This document shows, one piece after another, positions 17,943 to 27,977 of a stretch of DNA of 64,000 nucleotides. The notes beneath the pieces were generated by a model. It worked only from the letters and a program-made list of their open reading frames with translations, did no database searches and was not told the origin of the DNA. The stretch lies in the IMG/VR virus record IMGVR_UViG_3300045988_179183, one strand, 5' to 3'. The stretch's first letter is position 1. Each line of letters opens with the position of its first letter. The stretch comes from a virus. The translations under genes were made by a program, and so were the position numbers.

Positions 17943-17963
17943 ATAAAGATACACAATGTTTAT
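17943..17963 (-). promoter_or_regulatory. Conserved promoter-like motif, copy 3 (ATAAAGATACACAATGTTTAT, preceded by AACACC)
   Basis: Intergenic, about 28 nt upstream of the queD ATG at 17916. Confidence 0.5.
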
Positions 17964-18433
17964 CAGATAAACAAATCTTCAACCAACAATTCTACGTCTA
18001 TATAGCGTAATGGTATACTTTCTCCTTTCGGTGTTGTGACGATTATTTTTTCCCAATTAGGATTATTCTCCTTCACAACACACACTTCACCCTGATACCT
18101 TACCTTTCTCCCTGATTTAAATGCGTAAAATCTATCATATATCACCGGACTGTTTTTTAAAGGGTCATATTTCAAACTCGGCATCCCGTACGGTTGAAGG
18201 AACACATCCTTCAACATGCGATGGTATTCTTGACTATCCTTGAAAATACTACGCAGTTGGTATTGATGCGAGATTTTCATTATCTTAGCCTTTTTCTTCT
18301 CGCAAATATCATTACACATTTTAATAAAACAAGGTTCCTCGTACACCAAGGCCCTGAATAAATATGAGAAATATTCCAACTCCAATTGTTCAAAATATTC
18401 CCTTACCGTTAATTTTCCGTTCTGAGGTATCAT
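17963..18433 (-). CDS. Hypothetical protein (156 aa)
   Basis: Long ORF in the array. It overlaps the primase 3' end by 44 nt. No motif recognised. Confidence 0.5.
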   Translation of the reverse strand: MIPQNGKLTVREYFEQLELEYFSYLFRALVYEEPCFIKMCNDICEKKKAKIMKISHQYQLRSIFKDSQEYHRMLKDVFLQPYGMPSLKYDPLKNSPVIYDRFYAFKSGRKVRYQGEVCVVKENNPNWEKIIVTTPKGESIPLRYIDVELLVEDLFI

Positions 18434-19445
18434 ATATCGTTTTATCTAGGTTATTTAAATAAAAATTCAAAGGATCCTGCATATCGATCAGAACTCGTTG
18501 TAAATATTGCATCGTCATATTTCCGGGATCAACATCTTTATCCTTTATCCGACAAACTTTCACATTGAAAAATTTACTCAAATGGAGTGCTGTTTCCTTG
18601 CTTTCCCTTAAAGCGTCCTCATCGTACATTAAGATCACCGTTTTGACGTTCGTTTTTCTTAATTGATTCAATTGACCCGGACTTATCTTCTTGCCAAATG
18701 TGAAGCAACATGCGATTTCTTGGTTAAATCCCAGGTTAATCAGATAATCAACGTTCACCTTATCAAACAAACCCTCAACCAATATCACCGTTTCTGTTTC
18801 CGGCCCGATAAAATTATACCCACCCAGAATATGAGAAAAACCATCCTGACTGTTCATGTATCGTAGAACCATTTTGCCAATACCTTCCTTGAATAACGTT
18901 CTATTATTATCATGCCACGTTTTATTGTATCGTGACCTTGCCAGCCACGCGACAACCCTATCTCCTTCCTTAATCTTGAAGATAATGTAATTATGCTTGG
19001 CTAACGTCTCCTCCAAAACTGATTTAGTGTATGATGGTTCAAATTCTTCATAGTGTTCCTTTAAAAAATGCCTGCTCTCCAGATACGGATCGTTGACCAA
19101 AGGTTTCAACCCAATGGGGAGTCTTGTGTTTGATTGAACATTCTCTTCAATATCATCCTCTTCTTTGATTAAAGGTGTTAATTTAGTATTTTTTTTCGAC
19201 ATTTGGTAATCATTTCTTATCAAATCTTTTCGGTCCATTTTGATAAGATAATTACGAATACTTGTTTTCGTTCCGCATTTAAAACAATGGAATACTGCCG
19301 AATGTCCATCGTCCGTGAAAATTAATGCATTCTTCCCATCTTTCCCACAAAACGGGCACGGTTCTTTCGAACTTAACCAACCTTTTTGGCCGAAGGGCTT
19401 GAGGTTTAATTCGGCGATTATCTCATCCTTATCAATAATCATCAC
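18390..19445 (-). CDS. DNA primase (zinc finger plus TOPRIM)
   Basis: Zn ribbon CPFCGKDGKNA...FHCFKCGTK. TOPRIM motifs VILVEGLFDKVNV and LMYDEDA. It lies immediately downstream of the helicase. Confidence 0.8.
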   Translation of the reverse strand: MMIIDKDEIIAELNLKPFGQKGWLSSKEPCPFCGKDGKNALIFTDDGHSAVFHCFKCGTKTSIRNYLIKMDRKDLIRNDYQMSKKNTKLTPLIKEEDDIEENVQSNTRLPIGLKPLVNDPYLESRHFLKEHYEEFEPSYTKSVLEETLAKHNYIIFKIKEGDRVVAWLARSRYNKTWHDNNRTLFKEGIGKMVLRYMNSQDGFSHILGGYNFIGPETETVILVEGLFDKVNVDYLINLGFNQEIACCFTFGKKISPGQLNQLRKTNVKTVILMYDEDALRESKETALHLSKFFNVKVCRIKDKDVDPGNMTMQYLQRVLIDMQDPLNFYLNNLDKTIYDTSERKINGKGIF

Positions 19446-20860
19446 ACAACCCTCCCTTTCTGTTCGTTTGAATTAGATCTTGTTCGTTTTCTCCCACCAC
19501 CATGTGTGTGTGTAATTTTTAAATCATAGAATTCCTCTAGGGTTCTCTTTCTATCATAGAACCGTCCGGCGTTATAATTCGTTGCCACTTTAAAAACAGG
19601 ATCGATATTTTCATAATCACGGACCTTATCCTTGAAAATCCTACAAGTTTTATGTTTCACCTCCTCTAATGTTTGATTAATAGAAAATACCCAACTAAAA
19701 GGTTGAACAACAGTTCTATCACCTTCCGCGTAGCTTCGATCTATAACTTTTTCTTCGTCATTCCAAACTTCAAAAGGAACATCACCCGTCTGAATCGCGG
19801 TTACACAGGACATACTGAATTCCTCACACATATTTTTCAATCTTTTTCCACACTCCTGAAACTTATATTTTGGTCGGGGGTCATTATCAAAACTCGGTAT
19901 ACCCGTTCTTATCAGGTTAAATGAATCTATGATTAAAATCCTAGGAAACTTACCCACTAATTTCTTATATTCGAGGCATATCGTCCTCACATCAAGAATG
20001 GTCGCATCACCAAATTTCTTGAAACTGTAAATTTTAATATCATTCGCATAGGATTCTATATCCTTCAATGTCTTATGTAAATCATCAAGCTCATCCTGGG
20101 TGAAATTATCCTCCTTCAAATCGGTATACGTCTTAAAGGTCCACATCTGGGAATATTTCATATGTATTTTCTCTTTCGCCTCCTCACATTGGATATGAAG
20201 AACGTCTGCCCCGGTAAGTGCGGATGTTAACCCCCTCCATCGTAACACTGTTGACTTTCCCACCCCGGATCTGGCCAACCATAACTCAGTGTCGCCCACA
20301 TCAATTCCCCCGTATTTATCATCAAGTGCATCTATTCCGAATGCAACAGGAGGCTGCTGCTCTGTTTTTTCGGCCCAATCTTTCCGGCATTTATCAAAAT
20401 CACTAAACACCCCTAAAAACATCTCCGACTGAGCCCTTAATGAAAATTCCAAAATCCTCGTACTTTCCTCCTTGCTTAACCTCATCGCCTCTTCTTTTTT
20501 TCCTTCACCATAAAGATCAACGATGGCCTTGTTAAGGAGAAGAAATTCACTGTCACGAATATAGCTTTCAAGTTGATTTAAAAGGACTTCGTCATCAACA
20601 ATTTGAGATTCCTTTATCTGATCAACCGCGAGTTGAACAGACTCCATGTCACTATATTTTTGGGAGATAACCCCCAGTGAAGGTATTTTATCATATTGGT
20701 GAAACTGTTCTTTCGCATCCTTCAAAATAAATTTATACCCCACTTCCTCTTTAGGAATAAATTTAAAATCAAGGTGTCTGTCAACAATAAACATCATTTC
20801 CTTGCTTAGAAACATTTTCCGAAACAGTTCACCTAAAAAATTTGCGTTTATTTTTTCCAT
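19442..20860 (-). CDS. DnaB-family replicative helicase
   Basis: Walker A LARSGVGKSTVL and Walker B ILIIDSFN, with a RecA-like C-terminal domain. I prefer the start at 20860 (MEKINANF), 2 nt after the terL stop. Confidence 0.75.
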   Translation of the reverse strand: MEKINANFLGELFRKMFLSKEMMFIVDRHLDFKFIPKEEVGYKFILKDAKEQFHQYDKIPSLGVISQKYSDMESVQLAVDQIKESQIVDDEVLLNQLESYIRDSEFLLLNKAIVDLYGEGKKEEAMRLSKEESTRILEFSLRAQSEMFLGVFSDFDKCRKDWAEKTEQQPPVAFGIDALDDKYGGIDVGDTELWLARSGVGKSTVLRWRGLTSALTGADVLHIQCEEAKEKIHMKYSQMWTFKTYTDLKEDNFTQDELDDLHKTLKDIESYANDIKIYSFKKFGDATILDVRTICLEYKKLVGKFPRILIIDSFNLIRTGIPSFDNDPRPKYKFQECGKRLKNMCEEFSMSCVTAIQTGDVPFEVWNDEEKVIDRSYAEGDRTVVQPFSWVFSINQTLEEVKHKTCRIFKDKVRDYENIDPVFKVATNYNAGRFYDRKRTLEEFYDLKITHTHGGGRKRTRSNSNEQKGRVV

Positions 20861-20861
20861 A

Positions 20862-23800
20862 TCAATCCAAATCAACAAAATCAATCATTGCCTGTACGTT
20901 GTTTTCCCTCAAATCTTGTATTGCCATGAACGATGACATACATATATCATCATGTCCACAAACTGATTCAAGAGTCCCTTTCTTTGAGTTAAACGCGATT
21001 GAATTAAATTCACCAAACATCGTATCAACCAACTTTCGTGTGTTTTCATCTCCGTAAGGCACCCTCAAACGTGCACTTTCAAAAAACGCTGATAGTGAGG
21101 GTAGACCTGATTTCAGATCCTTTTTATTCCCTTCAGTTGTGATAAATTCCTCGACATTAACTAATCCCCTCTCTTTCGCCATACCCGCAAGAATTCTTTG
21201 AAATCCATTCGACTCACACACGGATTTGTTCGGTTTATATCTCGCGTTAAATTCAATAAGTTTATTCACTTGAAGATCATGGCTCGCACCCTGCTCTCTA
21301 AATATATTTATAAGATATATCAATCCGTGTGCATCCATACCCCATACAGTGTATACTGTATAATCGGCACCCACATTACCCGATATCGCAAAATCACATC
21401 CCACGACAACCCTGACTAACTTTATGGGGTAACTTTCTATATCATTTGCGAAACTGATATGTTCCATCCCACGTATCGATCTTTTCAGAAATTCATACGG
21501 GAAAATCGTTGACGTGTCCGCGATCGGCACAACTAGATATTCTCGGTTGAAAACTAACGTTCCAAGTGATTTCCGTTCCTCCGTTAACCTTTTAAACGTA
21601 AGACGATCAGGTGCTAACAGTTGACCATTTGGGAAAACCGCCGGGTATTCAAATACCTTGAATCGGCCATCTTTTTTTAAATCCCCGTAAATATCCGTTG
21701 CCGAATACGGTGTGTTGTGTGATATTATCCCATTCGAAATAAACCGATGAGAAATTGGGATTTTGAAATCAACGGTGTAAGACTCACTCTCAATTATCGA
21801 TTTTATCGGTGCGAAATGATACTTCAAATTCATATTACTCAAAATAATCTGAACATCAGGATCATTTTGAGGTAAAGATAAAATCCATTTTTTTATCGGT
21901 CCGTTCATTCTTTTAAAAGAATGAACTTTCGTATAAAAATCCCCCGATCTCATACCGTAAAATTTCATCTTATCATTACCCAACGGATATTTTGATCGAA
22001 TCTTTCTTAATATCACCGATTGAAACGGTATTCCTTTATCAATGCAAGAGGATTCTCTCCTAGTTTCTCGCGGAACCTTCCCTTTTCCTGAATAAGTGAA
22101 CCCGATTTTCTCCATGAATAGTTTCACGCTCGAATTTTTGCTTATAACCAAATTGTATCCTGTTCGGTTTGATTTAACTAATTCGGTTGATTGGCATTTT
22201 TTCTTCTCAATACGTGAATCAATCCCCATGTTAAGAAGAAGTATTTGAATCTGCTGGATTAAACGAAAGCTCGTTGAAAAATAGCTTACATTTATTCCTT
22301 TATCTGAACGATGTCCGTGATAGCAGCATCCATCGCCATCAAAACACCCTCGAAGAAACCATATAACATCCTCCTCGGACGCACTCATGATTTTATCAGG
22401 AATTGTCTTGGTATGCGAATACATCCCTTTTCGATACCCTAAACTCAACCACGTGGAGATTTTCTCCTTGCTATTAAACGACATCCCTATGTGATTTTTC
22501 TTAGGGTGATACCCCCTCTCATTAATCAGAAAATTTCTTATACCGGGATTCTTTTTTGTTATCGTGACCCTATTTCCATAACCACTTAAATCCAACGTAC
22601 CGTCCGCTATACAAAGCCCGATTTCATAAAGCTCCTCCCCTTCTATACCAAGAGAACGACCCCAAATATTTGACCCCATCTTAAACGCGACAAAATCTCC
22701 TTCATACAAATCTTTCGCGTTAACCCATTCGAATAAGCCCGTTTCCGAATTACATCTAAGTAAAGGATGAATGAAACTTGTTTCAATCTCCAATCCGTTT
22801 GAAAGGGTTATGATTTTTGTGGGGGTTTTTCCGTTTACGTAATAGTCTGTCGCGTTAACAAATCCCTCACCATCATGAATGTTCATATCAAGAGGGAAAA
22901 ACCCCTTCTCTCTTTCAATATTAACAGGAGATAATTTGCCAATTTCAGTTAAACCGTTTTCGGTAAACACGTACGTATCTGGTCTCACACAACCGAGTAC
23001 ACATAAATAGCCGAACGGTTCCACGATCGGAGTGATTGACCCGTAAAAAACTTCATGAAGCTTCTCCCTTTGCTCTTGTGAATACAACGAACTTTCATCA
23101 GGCAGGTCGTCGCATACGACGGCACCAACGTGAAGACCTCGAATCATGGAATCTTTCGATCTCAAATGGAGGATTGAATCTGTTTCAGTCGTGATTGATG
23201 TCGCGGCTAACTTAGCTTTTCCGTTGCGATTCAATTTCTCCCGAAGAATATCATTTTGCTCTATCTCGGAAATAATCATCGCGATGTGTTTCTTGCCGAG
23301 TGTTTCATTATTCGTAATCATACACGTTTCCTTACGATTCTTATTGTCGATACTATCCCTAAGAAACGTGGTTGGTCGGTCATAAGAATATAACCTCCAT
23401 AAAATGAATGCAAAACACCCCTCGTAACTATTATGTACAACGGTCCCATCTTTCAAGAGAAAAAGGTGATCTCCGTCACAAGAAAAACCAACATAATCGC
23501 CATCACCGATACATTCAACCTTGAGAGAGGTTGATAAATTATCCTGCACCGTGATTTTTGAAGGTATCTTCTTTCTTTCTATTTTCACAGGAATTTCATC
23601 AACATCTCCCGAAATTGTTATCCTGTAATGAGTATAATCATGAAGGATGTTTTCACCCTTTAATGTTTTCACCTTTACATCTGCCGTCCGAGTTATAATC
23701 GAATTACATCTGAATCCCAATGATTGAGCAAGTCTTTGCGTTTGCTCTATTAAATTCCTGTCCTTAAACCCAATTTCAAAAGCATATTTACTTCGAGGAT

Positions 23801-24875
23801 TTCCTTTTTTATACTGGGATGAACCGTCAGTATCAATTAACCCGGCTAAAAGTTTCAACCGTTGTTCCCTTGATCCAAGAAGATAAATTTCAGGTATATG
23901 CTTATTACCAAGAACCCCTAAATCTTTAAGAGCGGTTTTTAGGCGGTTTTTGAATAACCTTTCTTTTTCAATAATTCGATATGAATATTTATTTGAATTA
24001 TGTTTTGACAAAATAAAACCGTTTTTCTCACAAAATTCATTTAAATATTCAATTATTTCATGATCAATAGTTGTCACTACGGGTTCCGTGTATAAACCAT
24101 CACCCAACCACAACCCCAATAAATACGGATCAACAGGAAGGTCTTTTTCAGGAAGGTCCCACCCCTTCGTTCTATACCCCATTATTTTTCTCTGAGTGTA
24201 CCCTGGCATAGAGGGGATCTCCTCAACGGGAATATTAAAGGTTTTCCAGCGCATATCTTTCCCAATACGTTTTTCATATCGAGATGGAACCTTCTTTTTG
24301 CAACAAACAATATGACCCTCGTTTACAACGTAATCAATACCCCATGTTTGTTTCACTTTCCACATTCTCGATCTACCTTTGTGTAAAGATAAAACGGTTC
24401 TTGGTTTTGAATCGGGCCCCATAACTTGATCTCCGATCGAAACATCCTTTATCTTGCGAATCGTTCCATCAGCCATCACTATTTCTGTCTCGGGAGATAA
24501 ACACTTTCCCGATGAGCGGCTCGCTAAAATGCAGTTATACAAATATAACTGGAATAGGTTACCCCATTCAAGGTTTCTCCATCCCTGTCGAAACGTTGGA
24601 AGACAAACAGTTTTAAAATAATTATAACTCTGCTTACGTAGCGAGAGGTCCATGCTCTTCTCCACGTTGGCGAGATATTCCAGTTTTTCCATGTCAAGAG
24701 TTCTATCCATGTGGGTAACGATGCATGTTTGTTCTCTCATCACGGATAGAAGCCGATCCAAATCATTTTCATAACCTGAAAGTAACTCTTGGATCGCCTT
24801 CGGTGGTAAACTCGATATTATCTCCCTGACGTAGTTATCTATATAGCTTTCTTGTACGGGAGATAATAACATCAT
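20862..24875 (-). CDS. terL: Terminase large subunit interrupted by two inteins (1337-aa precursor, 553-aa mature)
   Basis: The exteins rebuild Walker A ILASRSSGK|S, Walker B VVCDDLPDE and the coupling motif LCVLG|TPYSATD. The C-terminal nuclease domain reads VVGCDFAISG..ADYTVY. Confidence 0.85.
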   Translation of the reverse strand: MMLLSPVQESYIDNYVREIISSLPPKAIQELLSGYENDLDRLLSVMREQTCIVTHMDRTLDMEKLEYLANVEKSMDLSLRKQSYNYFKTVCLPTFRQGWRNLEWGNLFQLYLYNCILASRSSGKCLSPETEIVMADGTIRKIKDVSIGDQVMGPDSKPRTVLSLHKGRSRMWKVKQTWGIDYVVNEGHIVCCKKKVPSRYEKRIGKDMRWKTFNIPVEEIPSMPGYTQRKIMGYRTKGWDLPEKDLPVDPYLLGLWLGDGLYTEPVVTTIDHEIIEYLNEFCEKNGFILSKHNSNKYSYRIIEKERLFKNRLKTALKDLGVLGNKHIPEIYLLGSREQRLKLLAGLIDTDGSSQYKKGNPRSKYAFEIGFKDRNLIEQTQRLAQSLGFRCNSIITRTADVKVKTLKGENILHDYTHYRITISGDVDEIPVKIERKKIPSKITVQDNLSTSLKVECIGDGDYVGFSCDGDHLFLLKDGTVVHNSYEGCFAFILWRLYSYDRPTTFLRDSIDNKNRKETCMITNNETLGKKHIAMIISEIEQNDILREKLNRNGKAKLAATSITTETDSILHLRSKDSMIRGLHVGAVVCDDLPDESSLYSQEQREKLHEVFYGSITPIVEPFGYLCVLGCVRPDTYVFTENGLTEIGKLSPVNIEREKGFFPLDMNIHDGEGFVNATDYYVNGKTPTKIITLSNGLEIETSFIHPLLRCNSETGLFEWVNAKDLYEGDFVAFKMGSNIWGRSLGIEGEELYEIGLCIADGTLDLSGYGNRVTITKKNPGIRNFLINERGYHPKKNHIGMSFNSKEKISTWLSLGYRKGMYSHTKTIPDKIMSASEEDVIWFLRGCFDGDGCCYHGHRSDKGINVSYFSTSFRLIQQIQILLLNMGIDSRIEKKKCQSTELVKSNRTGYNLVISKNSSVKLFMEKIGFTYSGKGKVPRETRRESSCIDKGIPFQSVILRKIRSKYPLGNDKMKFYGMRSGDFYTKVHSFKRMNGPIKKWILSLPQNDPDVQIILSNMNLKYHFAPIKSIIESESYTVDFKIPISHRFISNGIISHNTPYSATDIYGDLKKDGRFKVFEYPAVFPNGQLLAPDRLTFKRLTEERKSLGTLVFNREYLVVPIADTSTIFPYEFLKRSIRGMEHISFANDIESYPIKLVRVVVGCDFAISGNVGADYTVYTVWGMDAHGLIYLINIFREQGASHDLQVNKLIEFNARYKPNKSVCESNGFQRILAGMAKERGLVNVEEFITTEGNKKDLKSGLPSLSAFFESARLRVPYGDENTRKLVDTMFGEFNSIAFNSKKGTLESVCGHDDICMSSFMAIQDLRENNVQAMIDFVDLD
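21714..22991 (-). mobile_element. TerL intein 2 (426 aa) before the GTP/motif III site, with a LAGLIDADG endonuclease
   Basis: Codon-checked boundaries: CVLG|CVRPDTYVFTENG at the start and SNGIISHN|TPYS at the end. LAGLIDADG motifs are LYEIGLCIADGTL and WFLRGCFDGDGCC. Confidence 0.85.
23430..24503 (-). mobile_element. TerL intein 1 (358 aa) in the Walker A P-loop, with a LAGLIDADG endonuclease
   Basis: Codon-checked boundaries: SSGK|CLSPETEIVMADG at the start and KDGTVVHN|SYEG at the end. LAGLIDADG motifs are LLGLWLGDGLY and LLAGLIDTDGSS. Confidence 0.85.
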
Positions 24876-25534
24876 GATGGTATCTGAAATTTAAATTGTT
24901 CCCTGAAAGATCCCTCACCGTTTGATTGGGATGCTACACCTTCTCCTCTCAATTTTTTGATATACGTGATAAAAAGCTGAGCGTTCGATCTTGTATCATA
25001 GATCGCCCTGTGGGCCCCCACCAAGGCTATATCGTTATTACTACAACATGTCGCAAGCTTATAATCCTGCTGTTCAAGAGATGAGTAATAAGCTAATTTC
25101 TGCGTGTCCTCAACCCATTTCACATATTTCCACACATCATCACCGTAATATTTGAATAATTCGATCGTGAAAGGGTGGTCAAACCCCGTGAAATTATGTC
25201 CGCATACAATTGCTCCCTGACGCGGATTCTTATATTTCACATACAAATCTTTTATCTCCTTGTAAATGATTTTCGGATCTTTTCCTTGTTCGTCCAACAT
25301 ATCAAGTGTGAGACCGTTCACCTCCAGCGCTTTAGGTGCGTAGACAAGACCATCTTTGTAATGAGGCTTAAATAATGATTGGTACTCTTCAATCACCTCC
25401 AACTTTTCCATATCAACGACAACGCACGCCACCTCGCATAACGCTATATCAATGAACGGTTGATGGTCTTTATCGGGTAATCCCCCGGTCTCATAATCTT
25501 GAACGATTACATATTTTACACTACTTTTCGCCAT
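24872..25534 (-). CDS. DnaQ/epsilon-like DEDDh 3'-5' exonuclease
   Basis: ExoI VIVQDYETGG, ExoII GHNFTGFDHPF, ExoIII HRAIYDTRSNAQL. Confidence 0.8.
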   Translation of the reverse strand: MAKSSVKYVIVQDYETGGLPDKDHQPFIDIALCEVACVVVDMEKLEVIEEYQSLFKPHYKDGLVYAPKALEVNGLTLDMLDEQGKDPKIIYKEIKDLYVKYKNPRQGAIVCGHNFTGFDHPFTIELFKYYGDDVWKYVKWVEDTQKLAYYSSLEQQDYKLATCCSNNDIALVGAHRAIYDTRSNAQLFITYIKKLRGEGVASQSNGEGSFREQFKFQIPS

Positions 25535-25778
25535 TTTCTTTCAATAAATTATACGTTTTTATTCTTGGATCTTTTTTTGAGATCACCTTTTCAATCCTAT
25601 TTCCTCCCAAATACTTAGGTAGACGGCCCCTATTGCAATACGCTTTCACATCGTGAATAGTGAATTCCTTCGCTACACCCGACCCTTCCGTGGAAACGGG
25701 GGTTTTCATTTTATTCTCATTTAACCAATCTCTCAATGTTGAAAGAGTAACTCCCTCCAAAACAAACTTATTATCCAT
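25521..25778 (-). CDS. Hypothetical small protein (85 aa), possibly DNA-binding
   Basis: ORF in the array; basic, with an HTH-like segment. No firm motif. Confidence 0.4.
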   Translation of the reverse strand: MDNKFVLEGVTLSTLRDWLNENKMKTPVSTEGSGVAKEFTIHDVKAYCNRGRLPKYLGGNRIEKVISKKDPRIKTYNLLKENGEK

Positions 25779-26289
25779 TCTTTCTTCTTACTATTAAATC
25801 AAAATCATCATCACGGTCGTGTTCATCCGTATACGATAATACGGTGTTGTAAATTAACGGTCGACGCGTGACGTCCAAACTCCCCCTATTCAACAATATG
25901 GCCGGATTCCCATTTTCATCCTCGGTTTTCTCCCACGAGAAAATCTCAGATACCTTGATACAGGTATAATTAAAATCTCTAAACAAAAGAGCCGTCCCTT
26001 TAGTTGACACCGAAACCCCACCCACTAATTTTTTAGTGGGTATGTTTAACGATAATCTCGTTAATTTCTCTTCAATATCCTTATCACTCACTGTCTTGTA
26101 CTTCCTAAAAACATGGAAAACTTCTTCTTTTCCACATTTTTTAAGAATTTCCAGCAATAACATGATTATTCTGATATCACTATTGGATATCGGATTGATA
26201 TATCGATCACCGAACATTTCGCGGTGGAGATCCGTCATATTCTTGATAACTTCCTCATTCATGATGTAAAAATACGATTTTAAATTCAA
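25771..26289 (-). CDS. Hypothetical protein (172 aa)
   Basis: ORF in the array; no motif recognised. Confidence 0.5.
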   Translation of the reverse strand: MNLKSYFYIMNEEVIKNMTDLHREMFGDRYINPISNSDIRIIMLLLEILKKCGKEEVFHVFRKYKTVSDKDIEEKLTRLSLNIPTKKLVGGVSVSTKGTALLFRDFNYTCIKVSEIFSWEKTEDENGNPAILLNRGSLDVTRRPLIYNTVLSYTDEHDRDDDFDLIVRRKNG

Positions 26290-26299
26290 TAAACAAAGT

Positions 26300-26755
26300 T
26301 TATTCCTTTTTTCTTTTTAAAAAAGCCTCACGTGATCTGAAATCATGGGTGTAATGACAATCAATACACCATAACTTGATATTATCCTCGTTCAATCTTT
26401 CCTCCGTGTGAGCACCCTTACCCTTCACATGTGCAAAAAATTGTACTCGAGGTTCTTCTCCTAGATAACAACCACAATGTTCGCAATAATGAGGCCTCAA
26501 TTTCCATATTTTAAGAAACAAATCCTTCTCACCCGTTGCCTTACGAGGTTTTCGTTTTATGGGGGTGGGTTTCAACCGTCCGGGTGTGAATGATGATGGC
26601 ACGCTCACGCGGCCTAATCTCTCCCTGTTACAATAATCGCATAATCCGTACTTCTTATTCACTATATAGGTCTCCCTCCCGCATTTATGACAAACACCTC
26701 TACTCTTTAGCATATATTTCGTTCCAATTACAGGTTGTGATTGGTAATCCCTCAC
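26300..26755 (-). CDS. HNH endonuclease-like protein
   Basis: Cys pairs CHKCG..CDYCN and CEHCG, then FAHVKGKGAHTEERLNEDNIKLWCIDCH, which is an H-N-H core with a CxxC..CxxCH zinc-binding arrangement. Confidence 0.55.
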   Translation of the reverse strand: MRDYQSQPVIGTKYMLKSRGVCHKCGRETYIVNKKYGLCDYCNRERLGRVSVPSSFTPGRLKPTPIKRKPRKATGEKDLFLKIWKLRPHYCEHCGCYLGEEPRVQFFAHVKGKGAHTEERLNEDNIKLWCIDCHYTHDFRSREAFLKRKKE

Positions 26756-26808
26756 TAATCATTCCACCAAAAGTAATTTCAATCTGATTTAATATATACT
26801 CCTCCATG

Positions 26809-27309
26809 TTAACAACAATGTTTTTTATATTTACAATTCTTACAAAACGGGTTTGCCTCATCGTAAAGAACACCCCCGAAATCCAAACAATTCAAATACC
26901 CCCGTGATGTGTTCCAATACATTTTACGCTGTTTGTTTTTATAATCCTCCGACAGCTTCAACGAATAACTTTCTCTAAGAGGGTTTTTTATCGTTTTGGA
27001 CTCCTTGTATTGCTGGAGGTAATATATTTGCTCCTCCGTCCTTTCATTATAGCGTAAATACATTTTTTCACTATAAATCCAATTCAATTCGATGTGGCGT
27101 CGTGTTAGGAGACCCTCATAGCACCAAAAAGCGTACACGGAATAATTCCATATAAAACTATCACCGCTGCTAATGGGTATCAACTTTGTGAACTTCGAGA
27201 GCATCCTTAGATTTCTCGAAGTTCTGGGTAAACGATATTCGGGTTGCAAGTACTTTCTTTGGTATAAATACTCAAAAACGCGAATTATCTTATATACAGG
27301 AACCATCAC
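26809..27309 (-). CDS. Hypothetical protein (166 aa), Cys-rich C-terminus (CKNCKYKKHCC)
   Basis: ORF in the array. Confidence 0.5.
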   Translation of the reverse strand: MMVPVYKIIRVFEYLYQRKYLQPEYRLPRTSRNLRMLSKFTKLIPISSGDSFIWNYSVYAFWCYEGLLTRRHIELNWIYSEKMYLRYNERTEEQIYYLQQYKESKTIKNPLRESYSLKLSEDYKNKQRKMYWNTSRGYLNCLDFGGVLYDEANPFCKNCKYKKHCC

Positions 27310-27915
27310 CTATTTTTTGAACCGACCTAATTCGGCTCTCAGAGATTCAATGTTCGTACAAGGATCGTTAGATTCAAGACCCCTCACTTTCAAATAGGCC
27401 TCGTATGCTTCAGGAAAATTATCCTTCAATGAATTTTCTGTTGTTATCCCTGATAGTGCGCAATCGATCTGATTTTTTAGACTAAAAATCTTGTGGGTTA
27501 ATCGAGCCCATGCTAAAACAAGCTCGAACACTTTGTTTAAAACAGCCTCATCTTTCGCTATAAGACTGATGATATTTGCCTTTGATTTTCTCTCAAAATC
27601 ATACCTATATGGTATATCAGAAAAGTCAATCGATTCGACATACATCCCCTCGATTTTTTTACGTTCAGGTAATCTCGACCAATCACCTTTAATATTGAAA
27701 AAATCACGAGGACCGTACCACTCAGAATCTTTCGAAATTAAACCGGGATATTTTTCATGAAACTTAATCACCTCGTCGGGAGCTTTACCTTGTATAAAAG
27801 ACGAAATCTCATCTTTTATGTTTTTACGAATTTCATTCACTTCTTTCCGAGTCGGTTCAAGAAGTTTGTTCCTAATAGCCTCTCTCTCGGCCTTATTTAA
27901 TCTTTTCACTGCCAT
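27310..27915 (-). CDS. Hypothetical protein (201 aa)
   Basis: ORF preceded by conserved promoter motif copy 4. Confidence 0.5.
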   Translation of the reverse strand: MAVKRLNKAEREAIRNKLLEPTRKEVNEIRKNIKDEISSFIQGKAPDEVIKFHEKYPGLISKDSEWYGPRDFFNIKGDWSRLPERKKIEGMYVESIDFSDIPYRYDFERKSKANIISLIAKDEAVLNKVFELVLAWARLTHKIFSLKNQIDCALSGITTENSLKDNFPEAYEAYLKVRGLESNDPCTNIESLRAELGRFKK

Positions 27916-27947
27916 AATTAATTGGTATTAATATTAATTTTAACAGG

Positions 27948-27968
27948 ATAAAGATACACAATGTTTAT
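27948..27968 (-). promoter_or_regulatory. Conserved promoter-like motif, copy 4 (ATAAAGATACACAATGTTTAT)
   Basis: Intergenic, about 34 nt upstream of the ATG at 27915 and immediately downstream of a terminator hairpin. Confidence 0.5.
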
Positions 27969-27977
27969 CTATTTGCC

